Both the position numbers and the translations under genes were made by a program. From NCBI GenBank assembly GCA_002269645.1, contig NIVC01001925.1:124001-188000 (forward strand): a DNA stretch of 64,000 nt, read 5' to 3'. The DNA is from Macrostomum lignano (lineage: Eukaryota). The notes under the pieces are model-generated. The model made no database searches. It was not told the origin of the DNA and saw nothing but the letters and a program-made list of their open reading frames with translations. Shown here one piece after another: positions 29,389 to 40,677 of this stretch; the stretch's first letter is position 1; every line of letters begins with the position of its first letter.

Positions 29389-30934
29389 CTAGCAATTTAA
29401 GCCCCCCGTTGGGGGGGCGCAAGAATGACGCCAAGTGGTTTTTATTTTGGCCAATGAGTAAAAACCTTACTTATTATTCAAAATCCATTAATCAAAACTT
29501 ACTTTTTCTCATTTTTGGCAATAATAAATTGCCATGAATCAAAACCTTCACCAGCCAAAGTTTCCTTCATCAGCCCAAAACCCTTTCTAATTCAGCAAAT
29601 AGTACTTATCCTTTCAAGCACAAACTCTTAGGGCATATCGTCATTGGCCTGGGCATATTCTGGTCCGCAGCAGGAGCTCAATATGCCATAAGCCTTGATG
29701 ACATCTCAATAATTTCCCCAGTAAACCTTGACAATTCAGCAATTCCCCCAGTAAGCCTTGAAATCTCAGTAATTCCTCCAGTAAGTCTTGACTTCTCACA
29801 ATTCCCCCAGTAGGCCTTGAAAACTCAGCAATTCCCCCAAGTAAGCCTTGACATCTCAGTAATTCCCCCATTAAGCCTTGAAAACTCAGCAATTCCACCC
29901 AGTAAGCCTTGAAATCTCAGTAATTCCTCCAGTAAGTCTTGACTTCTCACAATTCCCCCAGTAGGCCTTGACACTGTCCACGCTGTCCACTGAGCGATAC
30001 TCTCGCAGTTATACAGATTCACCGCGCCGACAATCAGCCTGTCTCTGCCGCTGCTCTTCCAGACGGGTAATCCGCTCAGCCTCGTCTTCAGCAGCGCGAA
30101 ACTCAGCCTGTCTCTGCCGCTGTTCCTCCAGACGGGCAATCCGCTCAGCCTCGTCTTCAGCAACGCGACACTCAGCCTGTCTCTGCCGCTGTTCCTCCAG
30201 ACGGGCAATCCGCTCAGCCTCGTCTTCAGCAACGCGACATTCAGCCTGTCTCTGCCGCTGTTCCTCCAGACGGGCAAACCGCTCAGCCTCGTCTTCAGCA
30301 ACGCGACATTCAGCCTGTCTCTGCCGCTGTTCCTCCAGACGGGCAAACCGCTCAGCCTCGTCTTCAGCAACGCGACATTCAGCCTGTCTCTGCCGCTGTT
30401 CCTCCAGACGGGCAAACCGCTCAGCCTCGTCTTCAACAGCGCGGCGCTCGGCGTCTCGCCGCCGCTGCTCTTCCAGACGGGCATCGCGCTCTCCAGCAGA
30501 CTCGGCCAGTCGTCTTTTCTTTGCGTCACGGCTTCTCTTCAAATGGCTTGCGCCACGGCGCACCATCATACAGTGGGGCTAAATAGATAAAGCACTATTA
30601 GAGGGTTCAAAAACCAAAGAAAAGAAAGAAGGAAAGGAAGCAGTGGGCTACATAAAAACCAAGCAGCCTACAGCTATTAGCATTATAATCTATGGCCAAA
30701 ACCGTTTGCAAGCTCTCACTGCCGAAAAAATACATTAGCGAGATGGGCAAAAACCTGTTTTCTGACAATTGAGAGGCCTCTTTAATTTGGATAGCTTATT
30801 AAAAATACGTGTACCGATTCCGGACAATTTGCCATCTAATGGTGCAAAAACGGAGAAAATCGGTCATTCCGTTCGCAAGATTTTCTGTTACAAGCAAACA
30901 AACAAACAAACAAACTCAACTTTAGTATATAAGA
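29389..30934 (-). mobile_element. Non-autonomous Helitron carrying a truncated STPR-repeat ORF
   Basis: Minus strand: 5' TCTTATATACTAAAGTTGAGTTTGTTTG at 30934; 3' hairpin CCCCCCCAACGGGGGG followed by TTAAATTGCTAG at 29389, then T. Confidence 0.75.
30009..30569 (-). CDS. STPR-like 23-aa repeat ORF (7 units), probably an N-terminal remnant of a Helitron protein
   Basis: Unit AEDEAERFARLEEQRQRQAECRV (69 bp) has the E-x3-ER-x2-RL spacing of STPR repeats. It is co-oriented with the Helitron and truncated at the 3' end. Confidence 0.55.
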   Translation of the reverse strand: MMVRRGASHLKRSRDAKKRRLAESAGERDARLEEQRRRDAERRAVEDEAERFARLEEQRQRQAECRVAEDEAERFARLEEQRQRQAECRVAEDEAERFARLEEQRQRQAECRVAEDEAERIARLEEQRQRQAECRVAEDEAERIARLEEQRQRQAEFRAAEDEAERITRLEEQRQRQADCRRGESV

Positions 30935-33082
30935 CTAGCAATTTAAGCCCCCCGTTGGGGGGGCGCAAAAATGACGCCAAGTGGTTTTTATTTTGGCCAA
31001 TGAGTAATAACCTTACTTATTATTCAAAATCCAATCAAAACTTACTTTTTCAAATTTTTGGCAAAAATAAATTGCCATGAATCAAAACCTTCACCAGCCA
31101 AAGTTTCCTTCATCAGCCCAAAACCCTTTCTCATTCAACAAATAGTACTTATCCTTTCAAGCACAAACTCTTAGGGCATATCGTCATTGGCCTGGGCATA
31201 TTCTGGTCCGCAGCAGGAGCTCAATATGCCATAAGCCTTGATAACATCTCAATAATTTCCCCAGTAAGCCTTGACATCTCAGCAATTCCTCTCAGTAAGC
31301 CTTGACAATTCAGCAATTCCCCCCAGTAAACCTTGACAATTCAGCAATTCCCCCAGTAAGCCTTGACATCTCAGCAATTCCCCCCAGTAAGCCTTGAAAT
31401 CTCAGTAACTCCCCAGTAAGTCTCGAATCTCAGTTATTCTTCCAGTAAGTCTTGAAGTCTAAGCAATTTCCCCAGTAAGCCTTGACATCTCAGCAATTCA
31501 TCTAAGAAAGCATTGAAATCTCAGCAATTCCCCCAGTAAGCCTTGAAGTCTCAGTAATTCCCCAGTAAGTCTCGAATCTCAGTAATTCCTCCAGTAAGTC
31601 TTGACTTCTCACAATTCCCCCAGTAGGCCTTGACAACTCAGCAATTCCCCCAGTAAACCTTGAAATCTCAGAAATTCCCCCAGTAAGCCTTGAAGTCTCA
31701 GCAATTCCCCCCAGTAAGCCTTGACAACTCAGCAATTCCCCCCAGTAAGCCTTGAAATCTCAGTAATTCCCCAGTAAGTCTCGAATCTCAGTAATTCCTC
31801 CAGTAAGTCTGGACTTCTCACAATTCCCCCAGTAGGCCTTGACAACTCAGCAATTCCCCCAAGTAAGCCTTCACATCTCAGCAATTCCCCCAGTAAGCCT
31901 TGACAACTCAGCAATTCCCCCAGTAAACCTTGAAATCTCAGAAATTCCCCCAGTAAGCCTTGAAGTCTCAGCAATTCCCCCAGTAAACATTGAAATCTCA
32001 GAAATTCCCCCAGTAAGCCTTGAAGTCTCAGCAATTCCCCCAGTAAACCTTGAAATCTCAGAAATTCCCCCAGTAAGCCTTGAAGTCTCAGCAATTCCCC
32101 CAGTAAACCTTGAAATCTCAGAAATTCCCCCAGTAAGCCTTGAAGTCTCAGCAATTCTCCCAGTAGGCCTTGACAACTCAGCAATTCCCCCAGTAGGCCT
32201 TGACAACTCAGCAATTCCCCCAAGTAAGCCTTCACATCTCAGCAATTCCCCCAGTAAGCCTTGACAACTCAGCAATTCATCCAAGAAAGCCTTGAAATCT
32301 CAGCAATTTCCTGAGTAAGCCTTGAAATCTCAGAAATTCCCCCAGTAAGCCTTGAAGTCTCAGAAATTTCCCCAGTAAGCCTCGACATCGCAGCAATTCC
32401 CCCAAGTAAGCCTTCACATCTCAGTAATTTCCTCAGTAAGCCTTGACATCTCAGTAATTCCCCCAGTAAGCCTTGACATCTCAGCAATTCCTCCCAGTTA
32501 GCCTTTGGCTGGTGAAGGTTTTGATTCATGGCAATTTATTTTTGCCAAAAATGAGAAAAAGTAAGTTTTGATTAATGGATTTTGAATAATAAGTAAGGTT
32601 ATTACTCATTGGCCAAAATAAAAACCACTTGGCGTCATTCTTGCGTCCCCCAACGGGGGGCTTAAATTGCTAGTAGTTGCTTTTAATCAAAAAATGTTCG
32701 ATTAGTCCAGGCACAAGCTACAAATAAATGAAAATTTATTTAATATATTTTTATCTCCCACGTGCATACTCTGAAGCTTGCGAATAATTTAATTATTTAT
32801 AGCTCGCAGCATCAGCTCAAGAAGTTAAAGTTTAGTCTATGGCCATAGACGTATTATTATTTTTCGAGCTCTCACTGCGAGAAAAATACACTAATTAGAT
32901 AGGGAAAATACAGTTTTTTTAATATTTAAGACCTTTAGAATTGAAGCAAATAAAAGAAATGTTAACCATACAATCCTTGGCTGAGTTGCAATGTTTTGGC
33001 GAAAACGCGATCGAAATTGGTCATGAATTGCAGTCTGTAGAGCGTTTTACACGGACATAGATTAGAGATTTAGTATATAAGA
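30935..33082 (-). mobile_element. Second non-autonomous Helitron-like unit with a ~30-bp minisatellite and an inverted extra 3' terminus
   Basis: 3' hairpin+CTAG at 30935 directly abuts the first Helitron's TC. 5' A|TCTTATATACTAAA at 33082. The cagcaattcccccagtaagccttgaaatct array spans ~31240-32500. An inverted terminal ~170 bp lies at 32503-32673. Confidence 0.65.
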
Positions 33083-33305
33083 TTATTGTTCAAAATAGAA
33101 AAACGAGACTTGAAACTGAAAACGAAATGCACTCGAGCTTACCGCGGTGCACAAACAAGATTTGCAAATATGCTAACAAAATGCATGGTACAAAATGCAT
33201 GGTTTATGAAAAAGCTGAATGCAACTTCCTAGTCGCTCACGTGACTATAATACCGATACGGAAGGCATACTTGAGTATCAAGTGTTGAAAATACCCATCA
33301 TCGAA

Positions 33306-36030
33306 TCAAAGCTCCAGTTCTTCTTCGTCCGGCTCAGCTGGCCCGTCTCCAACCGTATCCGGCGCTGTTGCTGACCGACTCTCGTGACGCCAGAACTCGC
33401 TCGCATCAATAAGAATGCTGACAATGGTTGCGCCCTGACCGCTGTTAATCAAATCATCAAGTCCAATCCTACAGCATTAGGATAACGATTGAAATTAATT
33501 GAACCCGTGTTAGTCCAGTCAATTCAAAGGTCTTTGTTACAGTACAAATGGAAAAAAATACCGAATGTGATTCCGTGCTACAAGGAAGAAACCGAAAGAT
33601 TCGCCTCTGCTTGTGTGGGAATGACGTGAATATAATAATTAGTGAGCGCCGTCAGGCGGTTGTGGAGTATTATGTGCCCCGAGGTGGTGGCTGTTGTGGA
33701 GTATTATTTGCCCCGAGGTGGTGGCTGTTGTGGAGTATTATTTGCCCCGAGGTGGTGGCTGTTGTGGGAGTATTATGTGTCCCGAGGTGATGGCTGTTGT
33801 GGGAGTATTATGTGTCCCGAGGCGGTGGCTGTTGTGGGAGTATTATGTGCCCCGAGGTGGTGGCTGTTGTGGAGTATTATGTGCCCCGAGGTGGTGGCTG
33901 TTTGTGGGAGTATTATGTGCCCCGAGGTGGTGGCTGTTGTGGAGTATTATGTGCCCCGAGGTGGTGGCTGTTTGTGGGAGTATTATGTGCCCCGAGGTGG
34001 TGGCTGTTGTGGAGTATTATGTGCCCCGAGGTGGTGGCTGTTGTGGAGTATTATGTGCCCCGAGGTGGTGGCTGTTGTGGAGTATTATTTGCCCCGAGGT
34101 GGTGGCTGTTGTGGAGTATTATTTGCCCCGAGGTGGTGGCTGTTGTGGAGTATTATTTGCCCCGAGGAGGTGGCTGTTGTGGAGTATTATGTGCCCCGAG
34201 GTGGTGGCTGTTGTGGAGTATTATGTGCCCCGAGGTGGTGGCTGTTGTGGAGTATTGCTACATGAGGTGGAAGCGGTATAGGTACAGCAAAGCAAGACAA
34301 GGACAAGAACACGGAATAAAGAAAGGTCATCCGCTTTTTCTTTTAGCAGTTACCTGCAAGGATCGGCCGGTCTCGCCATAACAAAAATCTCGTCCATTAG
34401 GTCTGGCAGCCTCAGCGGCTCAACGCCGTGCGACCGCAGACGACGCTGCAGGCCGCGGTAGAAATAGTTGACTGACCAGGCGGTGATGGCGCCGCAGCTG
34501 TCAATATCAAGGATGCGGAAGAAATAGCTAAGCGACTGGGGAGCCGACCGGCACTCCATGGCCAGACAGAAATCCAGGTAGGCCTGGTAGTCCATCTCGC
34601 CATTGAGAGTAACGCAAGTCTGAAACAGCCGGTCCAGAAACGCGTCAGTCAGGAAGCCGGCGCCGTAGCCAGCCAGCTCCGTTTTGCTCAGCAATCCGTT
34701 AGCGTCTTTGTCCAGAGCGAGGAACGATCCGTAGAGCCGCAGGGTTTTATAGGCGCTAAACCAGTTGGTTTTGGACGGAGACGAAGTCTCTAGTTGCAGC
34801 TCGGCGAAATCGTCCAGAAACGAACTGGTCAGAATGTCGAAGATCCGGACGCGACCGGTGCGCAATGGGTCGAGGAAGAAGACAAACTTGCGCACCGCAG
34901 TGCAAACGTAGTAGCTGTAAAACAGTTTGTCCAGCTTGCGCAGCTGATACAGCGTTGGTATCAGATTGGTAACGTAGTTCTCCAGATCCGATTCGCTTAG
35001 AGACCCGTCTCCGGAAAAGTCGTAAAGCGACAGACAAACTCGAGTCTGCAGCAGCCAAGTCTTCCTGGAGATAAACTCGTATAAGTGATCCGTGCTCACT
35101 CTGCCCAGCGGATCGGCCTGCAGCAGCTTGAAGAAGAGACTGGGCGACAGGAGTTTTGAGCACTTCGGCCCGGCAGCTTTGCACACTTTCAAATAATCGA
35201 GATAGTTGATGAACCGCTCTCCATCGGCTGAGTCTGGTAGAGTTCGGTGAGCTACAAGCAGGTGCCAGATAGTCTGTTGAGAAAAAAACATGCCAATCTA
35301 TTTTTCATAACTTTGCACTGCTAAGTCCAATAATTTGAAGAAAACGCTTTTTCAGAAAATGTGAAGACTGATAGACAAAGAAGGACAGACGGTAAGAGGC
35401 GGAAAGAACAACAATCTCGACAGATGAAATAGTAAAAGTCAAGTCTTCGAAAGAGATCGTCAACTGAAGAGTTATCTATCGCTCCCTTTGTACATCAATT
35501 GCATCACTTGATGGCTCATCTAAAATAGACCAGCCTTTATTGTTTGCCAATACAGGTAGCGCGCACTGGCTCTGCGGTTAAGACCAGCTGGCAATAAGTA
35601 AGGATTCATAAAATGGTCCTGGCCAAGCTCACACACGGGCGCAGGTATCCGCAAGGTTAATTCACGTGCATTGTGCACGCGATATCTGACACAGACTCCC
35701 CCCTAAAGCATTACAACCCAATTAGGCAATTTTACATCAAACTGCAATCGTCACCTTCAATTCCTCGCTATTCAACAGCTCGCCGCACTTTCTCTGCAGA
35801 TGAGCAGCCCGAGCCTCTTTAACTAGGCGAGCGCGCAGCTCGGCGCCCAATTCGGTGGTCTGCATTCTGTGCCTGGGCCGGCACAGCGCTGACATGCAGA
35901 CGTCGGTAGCAGTACGATTAAACAAATCCCCAGCCATCTGCTGGTAGTGCTTGTTAAAGAGCCTGGCCTCCTCCTTAGGATTGACAGCCTTCATCACAGA
36001 TCTGTTGCCAGCAGCCATCTCTGACGCCAT
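33306..36030 (-). CDS. PPP2R3C: PP2A regulatory subunit B'' gamma (EF-hand)
   Basis: Exons 35755-36030 (start codon uncertain), 34354-35273, 33306-33468. Peptides LQRKCGELLNSEELK, YVCTAVRKFVFFLDPLRTGRVRI, LDKDANGLLS, EMDYQAYLDF and DDLINSGQGATIVSILID match PPP2R3C. Confidence 0.93.
33655..34258. repeat. 34-bp minisatellite in PPP2R3C last intron
   Basis: gtggagtattatgtgccccgaggtggtggctgtt units. Confidence 0.95.
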
Positions 36031-36293
36031 AGCAACCCGTTGAAGACGCAGCTTTAGGCTGCTGCAATCCGCGTAACTGCTGAGGAGAGCCTGAAATTGG
36101 TCGTTGCAGCTCACTGTTAAATTTTGAGCCAATTACAGAATGAGCCAAGGAACTTCAAAATTAGAAGGATTAGAAAAACATTTTAGAACCTCATTCACTA
36201 CTAATAATAACTACTAAAAGTAACATGATAGCGCCGGATAAATCTAGTCGAAGGTAAGAGGAAAAAGGAAGAAGTGACTGCTTTGTACGAGTA

Positions 36294-36699
36294 TCTACTA
36301 TAATTTGAAAGAAAGGACGAATTACATTATCAGGAAAAGCAAAAGACCAACGCGGGTTCAATACGTTTCCGATTGATTAGGGCTAAGGTAAGATTAGGGT
36401 TAGCGTTAGGGTTCAACCATAAAAGATTATAGGCTCATGGGGAATTGCTGAGATGTCAAGACGTATGGGGGGGATCGCTGAAATGCTTGGCTCATGGGGG
36501 TTGTTGCCAAAGCTCATAGGGGATCTGATATCTTAGGCTAGATAGCTGGCTTTCAGAGTGAATGCATATTTACTTTAAACATCACTTATCTTAAAAAATT
36601 AATAAAGGCGATTATACAAAGTCAAAACCTACATTTAGTTTATTCAAAAAATAATATTTCTTTCCTTGTTGTCGCCCCAACGGGGACGCAGATTGCTAG
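36294..36699 (+). mobile_element. Short non-autonomous Helitron (~406 bp)
   Basis: A|TCTACTATAATTTG at 36294; hairpin CCCCAACGGGG followed by GATTGCTAG|T at 36696-36700. Contains one copy of the ~30-bp unit (36439-36460). Confidence 0.6.
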
Positions 36700-37317
36700 T
36701 TCTCAACAGCTAAAACAGTTCCTCAACGGTTGAGAGCCACACTCGAATACTTGAGATTCTTACCTTCTACTGGCCTGGAGGAAAGGAACAGCTGACTAAC
36801 TGCTGCCCATAAAACGAGCAAAAGAGCAAGCTTTATGCCGTAATACAATTTGAGCATTCTTAAGGGTACTGTGACTTACATGCCTGCTGTTGTAAAGAGT
36901 TCTGTAGCGCTGTTAGGCTTAAAATTTGGGTGGGGCCTGAGTAGTTTTACTGCTTGCCACAAGGAAAAAAACTTCAAGAAGTCTTTGGTTGGGATTGAGA
37001 AATTAAGAAGCGAGGCGTGTGCTTGCTTAGTAGTAAAAAGGGAAGACGAGACGCAACAGTCCCTGCGTTGCTGAGCTAAATTCAACGACTCGTGAATCCA
37101 CTCACAGCCCCCCCACAGCCCGCGCCAACCCTGATCCGACCCCACCCTGCACAGCTGTGATCGGTGTGTAAGGGAAAATCAATCGGCAACATCAGGAAGA
37201 GGACCAAGTGGGACGTGGAATCGATTTAAGCGCAAGCGCACACAAGGGGCGGTACCCGCATTCTCGGCTGTACCGACTGCAGGCATTTAAAGTAAACTTG
37301 CACAGGGGAAGGCCGGA

Positions 37318-40300
37318 ATGCAATCCAAACGAGGGACGGGCAGGCCAGCCAGCGCCGCAATGACAAGCAACTTCAAACTGGCCAGGCGGTGGCCGCAGAA
37401 CCCGCCACCAGTGCCTAAAAAGCCCTCAATTGAATTCCAAGAGAAGCAGAGACGCTTCGAGCAGAAAGCGGCAATGGAGGGCCAGCAGCAGACGGCTATT
37501 CCGCCGCCGCCACCGGGGCCGCCACCACCGCCGCCACCGCCGCCAGTAGGGTACAACGATGCAGACCGGTTCTACGTAGCCAGCCCGCCGCCTAGTGAGA
37601 ACTCGCTAGTTGTCGATCACCAGGAGCCGCACCAACAGAAATTCAGCAGCCGGCCAGGAAATGATCCGTTGAATTCGGCATGGTTGAGCAAGAAATTGGA
37701 CAGGATAGACGAGAAGCAAAAAGATTCGGCCAAATTGCCGACGAACGCACAGACGGACACAAAAGACCTGCCAAACGATGAAGAGAATCGCAGGCGAAAG
37801 ATGGAAGAACAATTGGGCGATTTGAAGGCCGAGAACCGAGCCAAAACACGCGAGTTGAAGACCAACAAGTACATCGAGAACGAAATGAACAGGAAACTTA
37901 AAACTGCAGATGATGCCTACGTGTTGCGTCATACTGTGAAGGACAAGGACCGGCTCATCAACAATCAGGAGAAGATAATTGCTGAGCTCACTGCAGAAAA
38001 TGCTAAATTGGCTGAAGACCTTGCCGAGCGAGACCGGCAGGTTTTTCAGCTGCAGTCCGAAGTCGACAACCTGGACAGGGTTATAGTAGCCAAGAAGGCA
38101 CTCAAGGAGGCTGAGCGGTTGCAAGCAGTGGGCGAAGATTTGGACAAGGCAAAGGACGATCTGGCAAATGCAAACTTTGAAATCGAAACGGCTAGAAATG
38201 AGTTGAAGAATGTTCAGGGTGTTGTCGCTAGAAAAGACAGAGAAATAAAAAGCAAAAATGATCATATCGAACAGCTGACAAAACAGCTGACTCAAGCAGA
38301 AACTAAAATTGCGGGATTAGAGAACGAAAAATTAGTGGCCGACAACCACAGCAAAGCAGCTAATCGAGAGGCGAAGCTTCTTAAAGAGCAAAATGATAAA
38401 CTAGTGGACTTCAAAGAGCGATGCAACAACTTGGAGGAAGAAAATGCGTACATGGCCGAAGCTATTCGAACACTAGAAGCCAAAATACTGCAGCTAGAAT
38501 CTATCAAGCATGACAAGGAAGTGCTTGATGACCTAGTGCACGACTTGAAGTCCGCGATTAAGGATAAGAACCAGATTGCCAAGGAGAGGCGTAATCTGAT
38601 GATTGAAACGCAGCAGCTAAGAGACCTGCTTCGAGAGAAAACTGTAGATGAGGAAGCCCTGCAGAAGGAGCTATATAAGCTAAAGGAAGTGCTAAGCGAG
38701 CTGGAAAAAGAGAACAACTTTTACAGAGACCTGGACGTCGACTTTCGACGACTCAAACAAAAATACGAGGAGATAGAAAGAGAACGCTTCAAGAACGAGC
38801 TGGTACTGGCAAAACTGAGGCCGAGAGTTGAGCGGCTTCAGAATCGCTGCAAAGAAAAGGACGACCTCATACGCAGACTAGCTAATGAACTTAGATCAGG
38901 TGGCGATCGTTATCCAAGGGACCTGCTACAAGAGGCTGATAGGAATCAGAACAGCGCACTGAATGACTATATCGACATGGACGATTACCTGGACGGCGAA
39001 CCACTATCCGCTCAAGTGAGACGATCTAGGGATAGGCGTCCGCACGCAAGTGCTCATGCTCAACGATCTCCGATGGCGGCATACGAACCCGCCAAAGGCT
39101 CGCGAAAGGCTTCAAAGTCGCCGTCGCGAGGGTATGAACAGGATCGAGCACCATCGCGGCCGCCCGAAAGATACAGCTACGGCCAGCAGCAACCGGAACG
39201 CCACTTTCCTAGTAGAGAATTTCCCCAAACTGAAGAGCCGAGAAGAGCTCAACACCAGCAGAACAGCCAACAACCAACAAGTAGTGGTAGAGATCCACAG
39301 AGAAACGGAGAAAATTATGATAATCCGGCCAGACAGCAGCCCCCAAGAAAGGAGCAAAGCAATTCTAGACACCCGCCACCAACCGCTTGGGAGATTCCCA
39401 GAAACGAGAGTTCTCCACAAAATGTTCCAGAAGCCAGGACAAACGATGGAGTCTACGAGGAAACAATTCGACCAACAAAAAGAGAAGACGAAGAGGCCAG
39501 GAAACAACCTCGAGGTTACGATCCGACTCGCCTAGCGGATAAGGACGATCCGCATCAATACGCGCGCGAACAGCCGGTTCGTCAGTATCCGAATCATTCG
39601 GAGCCTAATGCGCAACCAGGTGCTTACGAACCTTCAATACAACGCGGTTATCAAGAACCGAACCAGAGAGACGCGGAAGGTGATCGGAAGCCTGATTTGA
39701 CCCGCAATGAGACGTACCCCGTGCTGGACCAACGGCAGTCTCCGGTGGACAACGGCAGAATGCCTTATTCGGCAGAAAAATCTCCGGCATACCAGGAACT
39801 ACATCAACCGAACGAACACAATCAGCCGTTGGATCATCAAAACCAGCATCAGCAAGCCATACCGCAGCACATGGATCCTCCTGTGAATGTACGAGCCCAG
39901 TATGTGCCGGACAGTGGCAACCTACAAATAGAGTGGGACATCCCTGCGCTTGACGAACTAGACAGGAGTAATGGAGTTGTAGTGGCTGGCTACAAAATCT
40001 TCGTTAACGGCACGGAGCAGCAGCCCGTGGTGAGTTCTCGCGTCACCAAGTCTATTGTGCCGAGATCAGCATTGGGCGAAGTGGACGTCAATGCGCTTAG
40101 AATAAGCGTGCAATCTTACAGCTACGACGGAGATACCTCGGACAAGGCCAACATAAGCGTAGCGCCTCCGCCTCCACGCCCGGCGGTGGAAAACGACAAT
40201 CGTGAACAACAACGCGAGCTAACACCAACAGCCCCGTTGACTGTGGAGATAGAGCAACTGACTCAGCATCAACCAGCCAACAATGATCCACCGATTGACA

Positions 40301-40677
40301 GCAACAAGCCAACGAATCAAGAAGATCCTTCTAGTGACAGGCCAGCATCTCCTGAGCAGCAGCAACAGCAGAAGCAGCCGGTGTCATCGGCTGAGGCACC
40401 CGAAGACGACCGTTTCCGCACGCGCGACAACTCGCCAGCAGGCGCGGCCGCTCGTTTAGGCCTCCCGCCACCGTCTCCGCAGTCGTTCGTGCGCAAGGCG
40501 CTGTACGACTACCAGCCTAGTCAGCACTCGCAATCCGCGTTTCCTCCATTCGAGCTGGAGCTGCACCGGGGTGACGATGTCCAAACCTTTGGACCGGTCA
40601 GGCCGGACGGGATGTACAATGCGGAGGTGAACGGCAAGAGAGGACTGGTGCCAGCGCAGTATCTGAAGCTCAACTAG
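37318..40677 (+). CDS. Intronless RIMS-binding-protein-like protein (polyPro, long coiled coil, one FN3, one C-terminal SH3)
   Basis: Single 1119-aa ORF (start may be a later Met). FN3: PPVNVRAQ...LQIEWDIP...NGVVVAGYKIFVNG. SH3: RKALYDYQP...ELELHRGD...DGMYNAEVNGKRGLVPAQYL. Both are RIM-BP-type. Confidence 0.8.
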   Translation: MQSKRGTGRPASAAMTSNFKLARRWPQNPPPVPKKPSIEFQEKQRRFEQKAAMEGQQQTAIPPPPPGPPPPPPPPPVGYNDADRFYVASPPPSENSLVVDHQEPHQQKFSSRPGNDPLNSAWLSKKLDRIDEKQKDSAKLPTNAQTDTKDLPNDEENRRRKMEEQLGDLKAENRAKTRELKTNKYIENEMNRKLKTADDAYVLRHTVKDKDRLINNQEKIIAELTAENAKLAEDLAERDRQVFQLQSEVDNLDRVIVAKKALKEAERLQAVGEDLDKAKDDLANANFEIETARNELKNVQGVVARKDREIKSKNDHIEQLTKQLTQAETKIAGLENEKLVADNHSKAANREAKLLKEQNDKLVDFKERCNNLEEENAYMAEAIRTLEAKILQLESIKHDKEVLDDLVHDLKSAIKDKNQIAKERRNLMIETQQLRDLLREKTVDEEALQKELYKLKEVLSELEKENNFYRDLDVDFRRLKQKYEEIERERFKNELVLAKLRPRVERLQNRCKEKDDLIRRLANELRSGGDRYPRDLLQEADRNQNSALNDYIDMDDYLDGEPLSAQVRRSRDRRPHASAHAQRSPMAAYEPAKGSRKASKSPSRGYEQDRAPSRPPERYSYGQQQPERHFPSREFPQTEEPRRAQHQQNSQQPTSSGRDPQRNGENYDNPARQQPPRKEQSNSRHPPPTAWEIPRNESSPQNVPEARTNDGVYEETIRPTKREDEEARKQPRGYDPTRLADKDDPHQYAREQPVRQYPNHSEPNAQPGAYEPSIQRGYQEPNQRDAEGDRKPDLTRNETYPVLDQRQSPVDNGRMPYSAEKSPAYQELHQPNEHNQPLDHQNQHQQAIPQHMDPPVNVRAQYVPDSGNLQIEWDIPALDELDRSNGVVVAGYKIFVNGTEQQPVVSSRVTKSIVPRSALGEVDVNALRISVQSYSYDGDTSDKANISVAPPPPRPAVENDNREQQRELTPTAPLTVEIEQLTQHQPANNDPPIDSNKPTNQEDPSSDRPASPEQQQQQKQPVSSAEAPEDDRFRTRDNSPAGAAARLGLPPPSPQSFVRKALYDYQPSQHSQSAFPPFELELHRGDDVQTFGPVRPDGMYNAEVNGKRGLVPAQYLKLN

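Noticed and set aside
36375-36415. Degenerate TTAGGG-like run
   Set aside because: Only a few imperfect units inside a Helitron remnant; not an interstitial telomere.
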